This document shows positions 25,429-39,177 of a stretch of 64,000 nucleotides of DNA, one piece after another; position 1 is the stretch's first letter, and each line of letters starts with the position of its first letter. This DNA is from Epiperipatus broadwayi. Lineage: Eukaryota > Animalia > Onychophora. The notes under the pieces were generated by a model. The model was not told the DNA's origin, did not search any database, and was given only the letters and a program-made list of their open reading frames with translations. The position numbers and the translations under genes are program-made. The stretch spans positions 13,392,001 to 13,456,000 of the forward strand of contig JAQFVV010000005.1 of assembly GCA_028023455.1 (NCBI GenBank). Direction: 5' to 3'.

Positions 25429-27340
25429 TAACCAAACATAATCTTAAATGTAATTACTTTATATTAAAAGATTTTGTGTTGTTAGGCTTGATTTATTATT
25501 CTATTCTGTATTTCTTTCATTTTAGGTGTGTGTGTCTCTGTCTATACAATGTGATAGTGTTTTTCCATATAATAATAATGACAAAATAGAAACGCACATA
25601 TTTTTATATGTGTTGATTGGAAAATCTGTTTGGGAAGGCATTTTAAATCCTGTATAAAATTATATCTCTTAAGCATTAATATGAGAGACTTTTGGACTTA
25701 ATTTTGATTACATTATATGCTATCTAACCAATGATAGATTATATTTGCTTAATCATAAAAAATAAAGCCAATAAAATTTGTATAGTTTGAATTATATTAG
25801 ACAATTACAGTAGTAATTGTAAGGTTACAAATGAATTAACTTTTATATCTTTTTCTTTTGAAGTTTTGACAGTAAAATGAGATAAAATACCAAAGACTAA
25901 AAAAATATTTAATAGAAAGTTTTTTTTTTGTTTCTAACATTTTTATTCTCTCTCTATATATAAATATATAAAATTCTGGCAACTATCTGCTTCCCTACTA
26001 TATTATAAATACCCCCCCCCCTCCATTAGATATCTACATTTTTTAAAAAGTATTAATTTCATTTTAAAATAATTTGAATTACAAATTAAGTTAGTTTTAA
26101 AATCTTTTCCTGAACCGCTTCTTTGTTAATAATTCCTCCCTCCCCCTTATCTTAAAAAAAAAAAAAATTGCTTTATGTATTAAAATGATAAATATATATA
26201 ATTGCAATATTGATTTTCATTTGATATATATATTTCTATTTTTTTACTAATTATTTTTACACTTCTGGTAACTGCTTCTTAATAACAATTTATAGTTATT
26301 GAATAATGGTCGCCTCTAGTGATAAAAAACACAAGTAATAAATAGCGCATACAAATATTAGTTCAATCTATTATTAAATAAGGACAATAAAAGTTTAATA
26401 CATTATTTTTTATTAATAGAATTCAGGAATAAAGAAATACAAAATAAAATAAATGTAAATAATATAATAGATAGAATATAAATAATTAGTTAAGTTTAAA
26501 AATATAAAATTTTGTAAAGAAAATAGTAATTATAAGTACATTATAAGAAGATTGGAATAATAAAGTTGAAGAATTGATTGGAAAAATATATTTATAGGAA
26601 TTTAGGAAAATACACCTAGTTAATGCTAAAAAAAGAAGAGAGAAATGGCAAAAAAAGAAAATGAAAAAAAAAGTAGGGGGAGGGAGATAGATACCGATAT
26701 CAATAAATGAAAAATTGAAAATGTATTTTGCAGAGAAACAGTAGCAAACAAAGTTAAAAGAAAAAAAGGGAGAATAGATTAAAAACTAATTGAGAATATA
26801 GTACAGGAATAGGTAGTATTCCACATAATCCTAAATTGTCCAAGCACGTTACTACTGTTACACAATGCTTTATTTTCCACCCTTTCTTACAGTTTCGATT
26901 GCCTTAGCAACACAACTTTACATTAAATGTAGATGCAGATAGAATGAAAAAATTGGAGTGATAAGAAGAATAAAAAATATGAAGATAGGAAAGAAAGAAA
27001 AATAACACGTATTTAAAAATATTTAGTTATTTAAAGAAAATTAATAATAATAAAAAATTAAATCTGATATTAGTAATACAGAACTAAGAAAAGAATTATA
27101 ATTGCAGAAGAAGAATTAAAGCAATCTTTTAAAAATTAAACGAGAGTGAGAGGTTCAGAAAACTGACTAGTGAAATGATGTTTTTAACATACTTATTCAA
27201 ATATTTTAAAAAGATTATTCAATATAAGTTATTCTAAGAGTGAAAGAATTATAAGTTTTTAATGAGAAAAAAATAATTATAGTTAAACTTCTCTTATAAA
27301 TTGTTAATAACTAAAACACACAGGCTTATTATACACCTGT

Positions 27341-27775
27341 GTAATATATAGGGTATATGAGCACAGACTTTCACACCAACCACCACTCTATCTCATAACA
27401 TTGATACACCCGAACACATATATGTTGGAAAGATAATTAATCACCAATATTCGTATTTCATGCTAAAGCAGCAATCATTAGTTGGTCCAGATTACCATCT
27501 CTACACATATATGCTATAAGTGCTCAGATATATATTAAGATAGCCTGTCCATTAAAGTATGAGGATTGGCTATCTTAATATATATCTGAGCACTTATAGC
27601 ATATATGTGTAGAGATGGTAATCTGGACCAACTGATGATTGCTGGTTTAGCATGAAATACGTATATTGGTGATTATCTTTTCAACATATATGTGTTCAAG
27701 TGTATCAGTGTTATGAGATAGTGTGGAATGTGGTGGGTCATGTGAAAGTCTGTGCTCATATACCCTATATATTAC
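27341..27775. repeat. 435-bp palindrome (arms of about 205 bp, 22-nt loop)
   Basis: 27341-27545 is the reverse complement of 27568-27775. The inner roughly 60 bp is perfect and the outer parts are imperfect. Confidence 0.95.
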
Positions 27776-28651
27776 TTATAAATTATTGTAAAAGAAATTT
27801 AAGCTATGAAGGGGGGAATGACACAAAATTTTAATAAATAAGATTTAAATATAATAAGAGAATCAGTAATCGCATTTTTTCATTGACACAAATTATGAAA
27901 AAAGTTATAGATTGAATGGAAAATTACTTGGAATTTTTTGGGGTAGCAAAAAACAGTTATGTTTTAAATTAAGAAAAATGATATTGAAAAAAGATGTACT
28001 ACAATGGCTGGAAAAATTATAATCTTAATGTAAACATATAACTTTCACATCTTTCTTGAAAAAACAATGTTTTTCAAAGATATTAGAGAAAGTGCAATTC
28101 ATCTCCATGGTACATTTCGACTTACAATCGTTTAAAATGGCAGAGGCATTATTAAATATTCAAATGTTTTCAGGCATTGCTTTTAAATATCAAACAAATT
28201 TACATCTCATCTCTCAAGTAATAAGCATCAATTTTCAAATAATAAAATCCTAAATATTTATATACTACCACAAATAATAAATTTTGACAATCTCTTACTA
28301 AACATAAAATTATTAAATCTCACATTTTATCTTTAAATTTATTTAATTTTTTACCATGTATATTTTAATCACAAGAAGATACTTAAAAAAAGATTAATGG
28401 CTACCAAGATCTTCAGTTGACCTAGGTCCCAACTTTTTATATATCTTCATTATTTTTGTTCAATATTTATCAAAATCAAATTATGGTTTAATCTTAAGGT
28501 GACAGATTTCCATGCGCCCATAGCTATGACAGCATTATCTTCAGATAAATACCTTAATGATTATACATGAGTTATGTGGGGAAAGGGGGGTCATACTTAT
28601 GAGTGCATGAAATTTTGGTGCTTTTGGATTAGACTATAATAATTTAAAATT

Positions 28652-28754
28652 ACATCACCCTAGCCAATGTTTAAAATTAACCAATATAATATCAGCAATT
28701 TGCCAGGGTAATATTATTCTATTGGTTAATTTTAAACATTGAATAGAGTGATGT
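28652..28754. repeat. Hairpin with arms of about 40 bp
   Basis: acatcaccctagccaatgtttaaaattaaccaatataatat pairs with atattattctattggttaattttaaacattgaatagagtgatgt. Confidence 0.85.
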
Positions 28755-30231
28755 GACTTATTTATAAAAATCAATTAGTTATGCACTTCATGGATTAATT
28801 TAAAATTATGTGAAATTTAATATTTTAATGTTTAATAAGTGATGTTTTTTAATATCTAAATATTTAAGATTTCATCATTGAAAGAATAACATTTGTAAAG
28901 GTGTGAACTGTTGAAAGAAACTATGTAAGATTAATTACATATATCAACTGGGAAATTATGAATCAGATGGACTAAAAAGTGGATTCGATTTCAAACCTAT
29001 CTCACTTTATTATACATTAAATGTAGGATATGAAATATCTGAGCTTAAATATAATGAAAATTACAAATAGCATTATCATTTGTTAATGACAAAGAAAAAG
29101 GCTATGTTAAATCTTGTAAAAAAAAATATTAAAAAAAAGCATTAAATTTGTTAAAGAAAAATTAAAAACTGAACATAAATGAAATGTGAAATAATATACA
29201 TATTTGGATTAAAATTATTAGCAAAATGAAATTCACATTAGAATTGGGAATAGTTCTGTTAATAAAAAGATAGGTAAGATATTGATATTATTTACTTATA
29301 AGGGATTGCGATATGGAGTACCTTCTGGAAAGGATTTGCTCCTTCTTATTTCTCTTATGAAAATGATGTAATATGCCATACATATGAATTATTAACATTT
29401 CTGAATGAGATACAAAACAAAATGGGAAGATATGCTGTTAGAGAAAACATGGGCAGATACGGTAACATAGGTAGTCATCAATTCATGAGAAATGTTATGA
29501 GGAAATTAAAATATCAAAAAATTACAATTTTTGGATGAGAATACAATTGTTAAAATATTTTTTAATTAGATTTGAAAAATTGTGGACAAATTGGTTAAAA
29601 CAAATAATATAACAGGAAAGAGAATAAGATGGGAATTATAAATAAATGTACATATCCAAAAACTGAAATAAACATTCCAATAACATATCAGATATACAAT
29701 GTATCACGAATAACAATTTTATTAACTTTTTTAAAAAGGAGGAAATATAAACTTGATGTAATTAAATATAACACTAATACGATATTAAATCAAGATAAAT
29801 ATTCAAGTTGAAGATATGTGTAATAATACTAAAAGGAAACTTAATGTAGTTTGCCTGCTGGAAAGGTTGCCACCCATCTTATTTTAAATGATCAATTTTC
29901 AGGGTCTTCAACACATGGTATAAACAATATGGTTGACTCTAAGTTATCATATTCAATATTTACATTTTTATTTATTTATTAAAATGAAAAAGAAATACAA
30001 AAGTCCAAAGGGTTGTAATTAAAAACTTTTTTAATGTAAATGCAAAAAATAAAAATTAAAACATGATTAAGAAAACTATAACAAAGGTACAGACAGATAC
30101 TACTTTTCAGGTATACACTAGCTCATAATTTTGAAAATATTGTACTAAAACATACAAAAATCCAAAGGGTTGTAATTAAAATTTTAATATAAATTCACTA
30201 CCCCAGCTATCAACTAATCTCAGTGCACTCA

Positions 30232-30425
30232 CAAATGATGTTTTGGAGCCTTCTAATCATGTTCCCTGCCAAACAGATAGGTGCTTAGAACATGTTTGCA
30301 CATGATATTACCATTGCATATTTGTTTGCACATATGGTATAATATCAGCCCCACACCACATACTTTTCAGATGGATACTATCCTGCAATTTTGAAAATAT
30401 TCTACTGCATCTTGTTCTGTCAAGG
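30232..30425 (-). mobile_element. Decayed N-terminal fragment of a Merlin/ISXO2-like transposase
   Basis: The minus strand reads TEQDAVEYFQNCRIV..VCG.G...W...C.K.LSVWQGT*LEGSK, matching the N-terminal Cys cluster followed by GTWLEGS typical of this family. Confidence 0.5.
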
Positions 30426-30761
30426 AAAGATTACAAATTTTTTAATCATATTTCCAAAAATGATAAAACAAAAAAAAAATATGAAAAAATCACTTCATGT
30501 TAATGAATGTCTACAAAAAAAAAATAATGATAATTTTAATATATTATCTGTTCATCTCACGTTAACATGGAATTTATTTAAAAATATATTCAAATTTTTA
30601 AAAATTAACATTTAATTTAAAATACATTTGTTAATATTTTTTAAAGTTAACAAGCAATTCATTCACTATTTCATTCATTACTTAAACCAGTTTAAAAAGT
30701 CTAATAATATATAATATTTTATAAAACACATTTTTATTTACTGTTCATTAAAAACCCAAAC

Positions 30762-30859
30762 CTTGAAATAAAAATGGGAGGCCAGAAATTAATTAATTCA
30801 ATGATTAACTTACTAATTGAATAAATTAATTTCTGAACAACCCATGCTTTTATTTCAAG
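30762..30859. repeat. Hairpin with arms of about 40 bp and a 13-nt loop
   Basis: cttgaaataaaaatggg..cagaaattaattaattcaat pairs with attgaataaattaatttctg..cccatgcttttatttcaag. Confidence 0.8.
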
Positions 30860-31280
30860 TTAAATATAAAAATAACAATTGTGCTTAAAGGAAAAAAAAT
30901 TTTTTGGCATTTTAGTGGACAACAAATGAAAGTATTTATTATAAAATATTGTTTATCTATATTATTTTTAACTTTTTAATATTGGCATCTTTTTTGTAAA
31001 TTATTCTAATTTCAAATAAAATAAAGAATAAAAACAATGTTACAGTTTGTACAATATTTGAAAGAAAATTGCATGTTAAAAATCAATTTCTAGAACCATG
31101 TGTTAAGTGTTATATCATATTTTCTTAAAAAAATAATGAAGAGTAGTTTATTAATATACACTTAAATGTTCTCAAATTCTTATCTACAAAAATATAAACA
31201 AAATTTGGCATTGTAAAATTTTTCGGATTTATAGATTATGTCAGCATTCACAATGTTGCTAGTATCCAAGGCAAACTTAC

Positions 31281-31368
31281 CGTTCATTAGGAAGTAGGTA
31301 AATTGTAAATAAAGTATACACCCACCTATATAAAATATTAGTTTCTTTAAATTTGAATCGTTCTTCAT
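31281..31368 (-). CDS. Candidate first coding exon encoding a hydrophobic signal or anchor segment
   Basis: ATG...MKNDSNLKKLIFYIGGCILYLQFTYFLMN followed by a perfect G|GTAAGT donor (phase 1). No homology recognised. Confidence 0.35.
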
Positions 31369-31407
31369 CTTTCTTGAAACACTAATTGTTTTTTTATATA
31401 TGTCAAA

Positions 31408-31478
31408 GTGTTGACTGGGAAGCGAAACTGAGCCTGCTACTTGGAAGGCAGCTATGCTAACCGCTAGGCCACCAACAC
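31408..31478 (-). pseudogene. tRNA-Gly(TCC) pseudogene
   Basis: 71 nt. The acceptor stem (GTGTTGG/TCAACAC) and anticodon arm (GCTGC-CTTCCAA-GTAGC) pair, but the T-stem (TCAGT/CCCAG) is broken and the discriminator is T. Confidence 0.8.
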
Positions 31479-34400
31479 CTGTGTTTTCATATGTTGTGCA
31501 TCAAATGTTGTTTAATTTAAATTTGTGTATATATATTAGTACTTCTTAAAATCAATCAACACTTAGACAATCCTAATATTAATAACGATCAACAATCTCA
31601 ATCTGTTGTCATGACAACTTCATTTCAACAACAAAGATACTTGTAAATAATTTGCTATTAATAAAGTTCACTTTATTAAAAAAAATCAATTCCAATATTA
31701 TTATTTTTTTGTACTTATTTCAATTCAAAATTTAAAATGAAAATTATAAACTAATTTGCTTACATTAAAAAACTTTCACAATATTGTTTTGTTTATGAAA
31801 AAAGCATTTAAAAAAAATCAACTTCTATAATCAAGATTTGTTTTTATTTTTATTTTAATAAATTATTAACACTTCTTAGTCTAAGTTTTTTAAATATATA
31901 TACTAACCACTGCAAAAAATTGAAAACTTACTGAACTGAAACATGCTTGAAGTTCAATTAGCTAAAACTTGGATAAAGAAACCAGAGTACCGCCCACTGC
32001 ATTGTCATCAATTTATAACACATTACAAAATTTGAATGAAATTATAACTATATTAATTTTTGATTTCAGAATTTATCCCAAATAAACAAATGTAATTTTT
32101 AACTTAAATAAAAACATTAAAAAAAATAATAATTAAGAAATGGGTGGGAGAGAAAATGTTGCACTATTAGTGTTAAAATGTAAAGTTAATAAAGATCTAG
32201 AAGAAATTGTGGCATAAGAATAAAAAAAAAGTTAGCTCTTAGAATGGATGACAAATAGGGCACACACACACAGAATAAAATAATGTAGAAAACAAAATAA
32301 ACATTAATGCCATCATCACAAACCTTTAAATGCATTGTGATATTTATGACTCTGGCATACAATAAGATTAGTATGTGTACGCACTAGCACACACACATAT
32401 ATATATGCAAGACTAATAAAGAAAAAATGAAAGACCATATAAATGACTATTAACATATTTTAGTCCAAATAAGTGACAAATGGTTAATCACCTTAACTAT
32501 AAGATAGGCATATAAAGCATAAATAATATCAATAATTTAAATATTTACTATACAGTATTTGAAAGATTCCTATAAATTAATGACTAATATATATATATTG
32601 GTTAAATATAAAGAATTTTTGACTTTCTTGTATTTTTTTAAAAAAGAAATCAAAGTTTATTTTTAAAATGTAGTTAGAGGATTTTAATTAGAAATTTACT
32701 TTAAAATGTTATGTAATAACCTTGTTGTTAAGAGATTAAAAAAGAGTATTATAAACATATATTAAAAAAAAAAAAAGTAAAGTTAAAAAATAAATAAATT
32801 TAGGTTATATTAAAATCTAAATTATATTATTTATTAAAAAAATTAATTAAATTCATCTAAGTAAAAATAAACTATGAAATTATTTTCTTTTGCCTTGGTC
32901 ATTTAGCTTTAATAGATTAATAGGTGAGGAATTATTATTAGTTGGACTTATTTTTTTAAGAGTGTTAGTATCCATAGGAAGTCTTAAAGTTCAATATCCA
33001 GTTTGTGTTCTGATCAAAATGAAAACTTTATGATCATGTGAACAGCTAAACCAAATATGCATGATAAAAAAATTGTGGTTTTATTCTTATCTTTTGAAAA
33101 TGTAGCCATATAGTCTTGTAATTTATATTTTGTAACAATCAATTAGTAAACCAATGTAATAGCAAAACTAGCCATTGTCTGAAATATATGTATAGTATTA
33201 TAAGCAGATGCAGACATAAAAATCCAATAATCCACAACTAATGAAACAACTCACACTTACAGTTTAATAAACAAATATGGTCATGTGCTGCTATGATATA
33301 ACTGATTTATAGTATCAGTTAAAAATTTAATATAATTCACAATTATATATCATGGAATAGTAGTTTCTATATATGTATATGCACTTATAAAAAATATTAC
33401 CTGTATAAATATATCAGCAAAAAGAATATTTGGATAATATTCAAAATCAAAAATAATTGATGCACTGTCAGTTCTACTACTATGTTGCAAGAGAATGAGC
33501 TAGTTTAATATAATGGAGTAAAAAGATAAATCTGCCAAGGAATTGAAGCATGGAAAGTAAAAAAAAATTGTTGTATAAAATAATATCTCATTTAAATTCT
33601 ATTGAACCAACCCAGAATTAAAAATATTGTAATTTGTTTTTAAGATTTTAACTAAGTTTAAAATGTGTTTGACAATGGTTTCTATCAAAATAAAAATAAT
33701 AAATTTAATCAATTGTATAATTTAAACTTGTAGATAAAAATGTGTAAATTAGTATATGCTAACTCAGAAATATATGTACTGTACTATTATTACATTGGCA
33801 CTTGAACAATGTCTCATGTTTATAATTTGATGATCACAATATTGTATTTGATTTTAATGAAGTTGTAATCCATCAATTAATTTATACTTTTAAAATTAAT
33901 ATGTTAGTCTATGCTAAGTGTTTATAATTTAATCATGTGTTATTAATTTATCAACTATGATATTACTATTGATTTTATATATTAAATAAATTACACATTC
34001 ATTTATTAAATTTCTTGTCTGTATTCTCATTACATATATTTATCTACATTACTATGCATGACTCTTGGGTACTGCCAAGTCATTTTCTTTAAAAGATCAC
34101 TCCTATTCTTACATTAAATAGGTATGCAGACCATGATCAACTTTATTATGGGTAATCACTATTACATCATTAGTATATATTCTCTTAACATAAAAATACC
34201 AATTTAGAATAAAATATAATCTTTCATAATTGTTTAGTAGATGAAGCAATATCACTCACAGACAGTATATATATATGCTTGCCCTAATTTTAACGAGTTT
34301 CAAAAAATTGCCCAACATAAACCATGATATTCGTATCCTCAGCAATGTACATCTTTAAATTTCCATTATAATGTATATAAATTAATAGTAATTAGCATCT

Positions 34401-35779
34401 ATCAAAATTACTGATAACAAGAGTAACTACAATTTGTTACATCACAATGCTAATGCCAAGATGCAGTTAATAATGTCAAAAATAAAAAATTAACAAATAT
34501 GTATCTCTGTATTTGTAGAAAGAAAAACAGTATAAAAGCTTTTTAAAAAAAGCAATAACCATAGACGTGCATGAAAAAGAAAAACAATTTGTTTTATATT
34601 TATTTAACTATTACCCAACAGTGCATTCATTTATTAAAATGTTATATTATTTTATGTAGTGGATTGGATATTATTTAAACATTTCTTTCACCACAGCACA
34701 AACTTAATTGCTATAAGGTATTAAACCATGAGATGTATTATGGAGAACTTTAAAAATTACTAATAAAAAAAAAAATGAATTCAAAAGCAAATATTAAAAT
34801 TAAAAAATATCATATTATTAATAAAGAGAGCAAATTGTTTTTTTAATCATTAAGACAAATAAGACACGGGTGTGTTAAAAAAATATTTTAGAATGATCTT
34901 GTGATACACTTGTATTTAAAATAGAAGTGAAGATTACTTATAATTGGAATCAATAATTTTAATAAAATATTTAAAAATGCTGAAAAAGAAAAGTTTTCAG
35001 GATTTTGTTTTATATATATATGGACAGGTTGAATACAATTATTATGAAACCTTCAAATCCAAGAACTTCTGACACTGGTCAATCATCATGACATTGTAAA
35101 AATACACAGACTACAATTGTCTTTATATAATCATTTATGAATAAATTATTATAAAATACAAAGCTTGTGTTTGTCTGCACATGATATATGAATATCTGTA
35201 TTTACATACTGATTTTCAATTTTGAATTAAAATAGTTGGCTTTCTTTTTGTTCCACTTCTGCAAATGATCTTAAATGTTATCATAGTATCATTCTGACGA
35301 TATATTTATTATAGAATTCAGCCAATCCACAAAATATTCTCTTTTTAGGGGAGAAATAAAATCTATGGTATCATTAAAAAAAAATTATGGGTTTCCAAAA
35401 CATTATAATAAGAAAAAAGTGGATTGTTGTTTCGATTCAACCCTCTGATGTCTTTTCTCCAAACATATATTCATTCAACAAACTCTACTCTTAGTAGTTT
35501 AAAATGTAATAATACTAAACACTGACTCATAAATAAATATATCCATTTTGACTTTTTTTTAAAAAAAAAAGGAATAAAAAAATGTCTGGCAATGAGTTTT
35601 AAGATGACTATTTAATCTGTGAAGCACAACTATTTCCATATATAAAACGTGTTGGTCCATTTTCCTGTTTTACTTAATATTATTGTCTTTTAGTTTTGTC
35701 AGAAGAAAAGTTTTATTTCTAAAATACTTCAATACCATGTCTAATTGCAATACTTCTTATTACTTCATTCTTTGCTATA

Positions 35780-36262
35780 TATTCCCAATGGAAACAATTG
35801 ACATTGCACTTTTTTAGAATATCTTTGAAATAAATAGGGTACATCTCACAAATACCATGCTCAGGTTAACCACAAAACATCCTTTTAGAGATTCTTCCAT
35901 TGTTCATTCACTTTGCATATCCAATGAAATAAAAATGTGATTATACAATAGTGAACTCAATATGGTCATATCCAGCAAGCTGAAGATTATATTGGTTGGT
36001 TTTACGATCATGCCATTATATATTTAAAATTTTAGAGCATTCTTAAAGAATTTTTTCTAATGCCTTTATTTTGTGCTGATAGAGTGTCCAAGTTTCACTT
36101 CCATACAATAAATTATTTAAATAATAGTTTTAATCATTTTCCTATGATGAAATACTATTTCTTATTAAAAGCATCAGCTGCACATTAATATCTGTTAGAT
36201 CTCAACATATAAGTCCATCTTTCTACTTATACAAGTACCAAGATATTTAAACTGATTAACAT
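35780..36262 (-). mobile_element. Decayed RTE-clade 3' ORF fragment (different subfamily)
   Basis: VNQFKYLGTCIS, LLYGSETWTLYQHKIKALEK, WHDRKTN and the downstream RI.K.MF.G. Confidence 0.75.
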
Positions 36263-36559
36263 TCACAAAGTTGACAACTAACCAAACTAAAAATTGCTGA
36301 GGATCCCCCCCCCTCCATCATTGGCTGATAAAAAATTTGAGTTTTTTTAAACATTAATTAATAAAACAAGAGCTTTATAAATTGCATTTTCAAAATATTA
36401 AGAAGAGTCTGTGAATCATCTTTTGGACTGGCAAAAATTGCAATTAAACAATGTCAAGATAGTTTGAACAAAATTATCTTTTGGTGCTTAGAGAGAGGAA
36501 TTTATATAAATGGAGGAGGGGGGGTATATGTTCCCCTCACATGAAATATAAAAATATTG

Positions 36560-37200
36560 ATATACATATGCATTCACATGAGTATTTGTATGACAATAAT
36601 GTAACATGTAATTATAATAAGTGTATAAAAGTAGAACAAGTGAAATATGTTAGATATCTTGGAATGATGGTAGATGAAAGCATGTCTGGGAAACATCATA
36701 TAAACATACTAATTAATAAATTTAGATAATTTATAACAATATTCTACAAAATCAGTTATTTTTCCTTTAAATATTCTTATTGTTATATATAAATTTTTAT
36801 GTGAATCTTTACTGAGATCTGGAATAATACTCTATGATTTTGCAAACTTTTCTAATATTAATAGATTAGCATTACTGCAAAAAACAATAACATCTAATAG
36901 AAGAAAAATTTATGAATAAAGAAAAAAGTATATACAAAAATAGTATTTTATTATTCAATCAACTTCTAGATTATATAATTATAGAGAAAAAAAATTTTAA
37001 TAGGACTTTTATTGTATAAAACAATTGGGAATGTATCTAAGGAAACAGATACATTCATAGTTTCAAAATATTGTAATAAATATGGAACTAAAATAAGAAA
37101 TCATTATGTTCCTAAATTATTTAATAATTTACCTATTGAATTAAGAAGCTTGCAACATTATAGGAAAATAAAAAAACAAATTAAAATATATATTAAAGAT
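36560..37200 (+). mobile_element. Decayed 3' end of an L2/CR1/Jockey-group LINE
   Basis: VKYVRYLGMMVDESMSGKHHINILINKFR, CESLLRSGII, NINRLALLQK and NKYG...VPKLFNNLPIELR. Confidence 0.7.
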
Positions 37201-37499
37201 ACGAGGGGGGGGGGGAATTAGTATATAGCAAAAAATATGAGTATATTAATGTTGTATAATCAATATTTTTATTACATAATTAATATACTATTGAAATGTG
37301 ATTTATTGTTGTTATTATTATTAGCATATTCTGCATTATATTTAAAAATTCATGTAAATATCTAAAATGTTATAAAAAAAATTATTCTACATAAAAGCAC
37401 AACTACGGTTTAGGAGAATAATGACATTTGTATTCACTAAATATATTTGGAACTGTATTCAAATAAACGAATGTAATGAATGTATTTATTTTTCCTAAA

Positions 37500-38340
37500 T
37501 GTTTGTGATGATGGTATTTTAGTTGTATTTATATATTGGACTATTTTCATCATTTAATATAAATATTGAATGTGTTTAGAAAAATTTAACTTTATTTAAA
37601 TATTCCAAATACATTCATCTATTAATAACAGCACATAGGTTAGTATATGCACAACGTTTCAAAAGATATTATTCTCTCTTCTTCTTCAGGTGTTGTGATC
37701 TAATCAGTGACAGTACTAGTATGGCAATCAAATCTGGACTCTTAATCCATCTTTGTTTTGTTTTGCTGCCATTGAAAACATATCAGGCAGAGTTGGACAT
37801 CTTGAATGTTGACTTTGTGCTTTTGAAAGCAAATCTTTTTCATGGCTTCATTGGAGAAAACTTTCTGGCAAATCAAATACATTGGTAGTTTCTTGTTTGC
37901 AAGTATCTGAATAAAACCATACATCAAATAGTTTTTCTTTGAATCCGACATGGTTCTATCTGGAAAATAAAACAAACAAGGCAATTAATTTCCTTATATT
38001 TGAATTTACTATAATATGGTTTACATTACATAAATACAACCTACTAATAAAAAAACGTAGACCATACTTACGTCAGAAAACAGCCATTATTAATTAGCAC
38101 TGCAAAATCAAATCCAAACCTTTGACAAAGTAAAACTCGATTGTTAATTGAGCCACAGATTCATACAATCATTGAAAATGAACTCTGTGATATTTTGTAG
38201 TACAACAAAATTGAAACAAACAAATATTAGTTTTGGTGGAAAATCAAACTCAAACGACTTAATATCTACCTTAAATTCTAAGCCCCACCAATCCAATCAT
38301 ATCATAATAATCACAATAATCTTATGCAAAATTTGAAATA
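37500..38340 (-). mobile_element. Internally deleted hAT/Buster-family transposon fragment
   Basis: ORF 37742-37984 contains MSDSKKNYLMYGFI...LPMYLICQKVFSNEAMK, the Buster-type N-terminal zinc finger. The upstream region is CpG-rich with a plausible 5'UTR intron (gtaagt...ttttccag before the ATG). TIRs were not located. Confidence 0.65.
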
Positions 38341-38572
38341 CATAATAAATAAACAAATAGATACTTACTTATTTGGCAATAATTATTTGTGCCAATAATA
38401 TAAAGTACACACCATAAGTTGTCTTTTTATTGTGATCTCCGTATAGGTATCACATTGAACTTTAGTTTTACAATTTCTCTGAAGAAATACCAAAACAAAC
38501 TGTTATTGTTTAAAATCTGTATTTATGGTAATGATCAATTAACCCATCATAATATGCAATAGATTCAGTGTT

Positions 38573-38574
<2 letters not shown>

Positions 38575-38654
<80 letters not shown>
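38575..38654. repeat. (TA)n microsatellite, about 40 units
   Basis: Direct reading. Confidence 0.97.
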
Positions 38655-38655
<1 letters not shown>

Positions 38656-39177
38656 CTAAAACATCATTGTGTACAGATTAGTACAAGTACATTTAGCTAA
38701 GAAATAGGTAAGTGTTGGTTCAAAATGCATTTACAATTCATTAATAAGACTTTTCAGAATGTTTTTATGAGTATAGACCAAGGGAGGCAATAGTTGGTCC
38801 GCAACCCCACCTTTATTATGTTTTGGACCAGCAATGTACTGCTCCTGTTGGTAACCACCAAACTAGACTAATTAGTAATTACCAAATATAGATAATATTC
38901 TATCAACACTTCTCCATCATCCATTAACAATAATTTCATCAAAGTATTAATTAATTTCATTACTAAGTACCCCACTTCCTCTCACAATATTTTCTTTAAT
39001 AAAATTAAGTATTGAGAAGGAAGTACAAATATTGGTACCTGAAAGTGAAATATGTGGACAACCACTACTTCTTCCCCTTCCAATAAAAGGCATTTTACAA
39101 ATATATATAATTTTGTATTCAAATACTAAATTAAATACAATAATGTAAATTCAAATTTTTAATCCATATAGGAGCGC

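Noticed and set aside
29290-29800. CR1/L2 RT fragment (GVP..., LLFLLYEND-like)
   Set aside because: Only two weak motifs across frameshifts; plausible but not supportable by eye. The same applies to about 34060-34400, 41980-42560 and 48550-49300.
31408-31478. Functional tRNA-Gly gene
   Set aside because: The T-stem has three mismatches and the discriminator base is wrong, so it is called a pseudogene.
38678-38708. 31-nt coding micro-exon after the (TA)n tract (cag|...|gtaagt)
   Set aside because: It has stop codons in all three frames; at most a non-coding exon.
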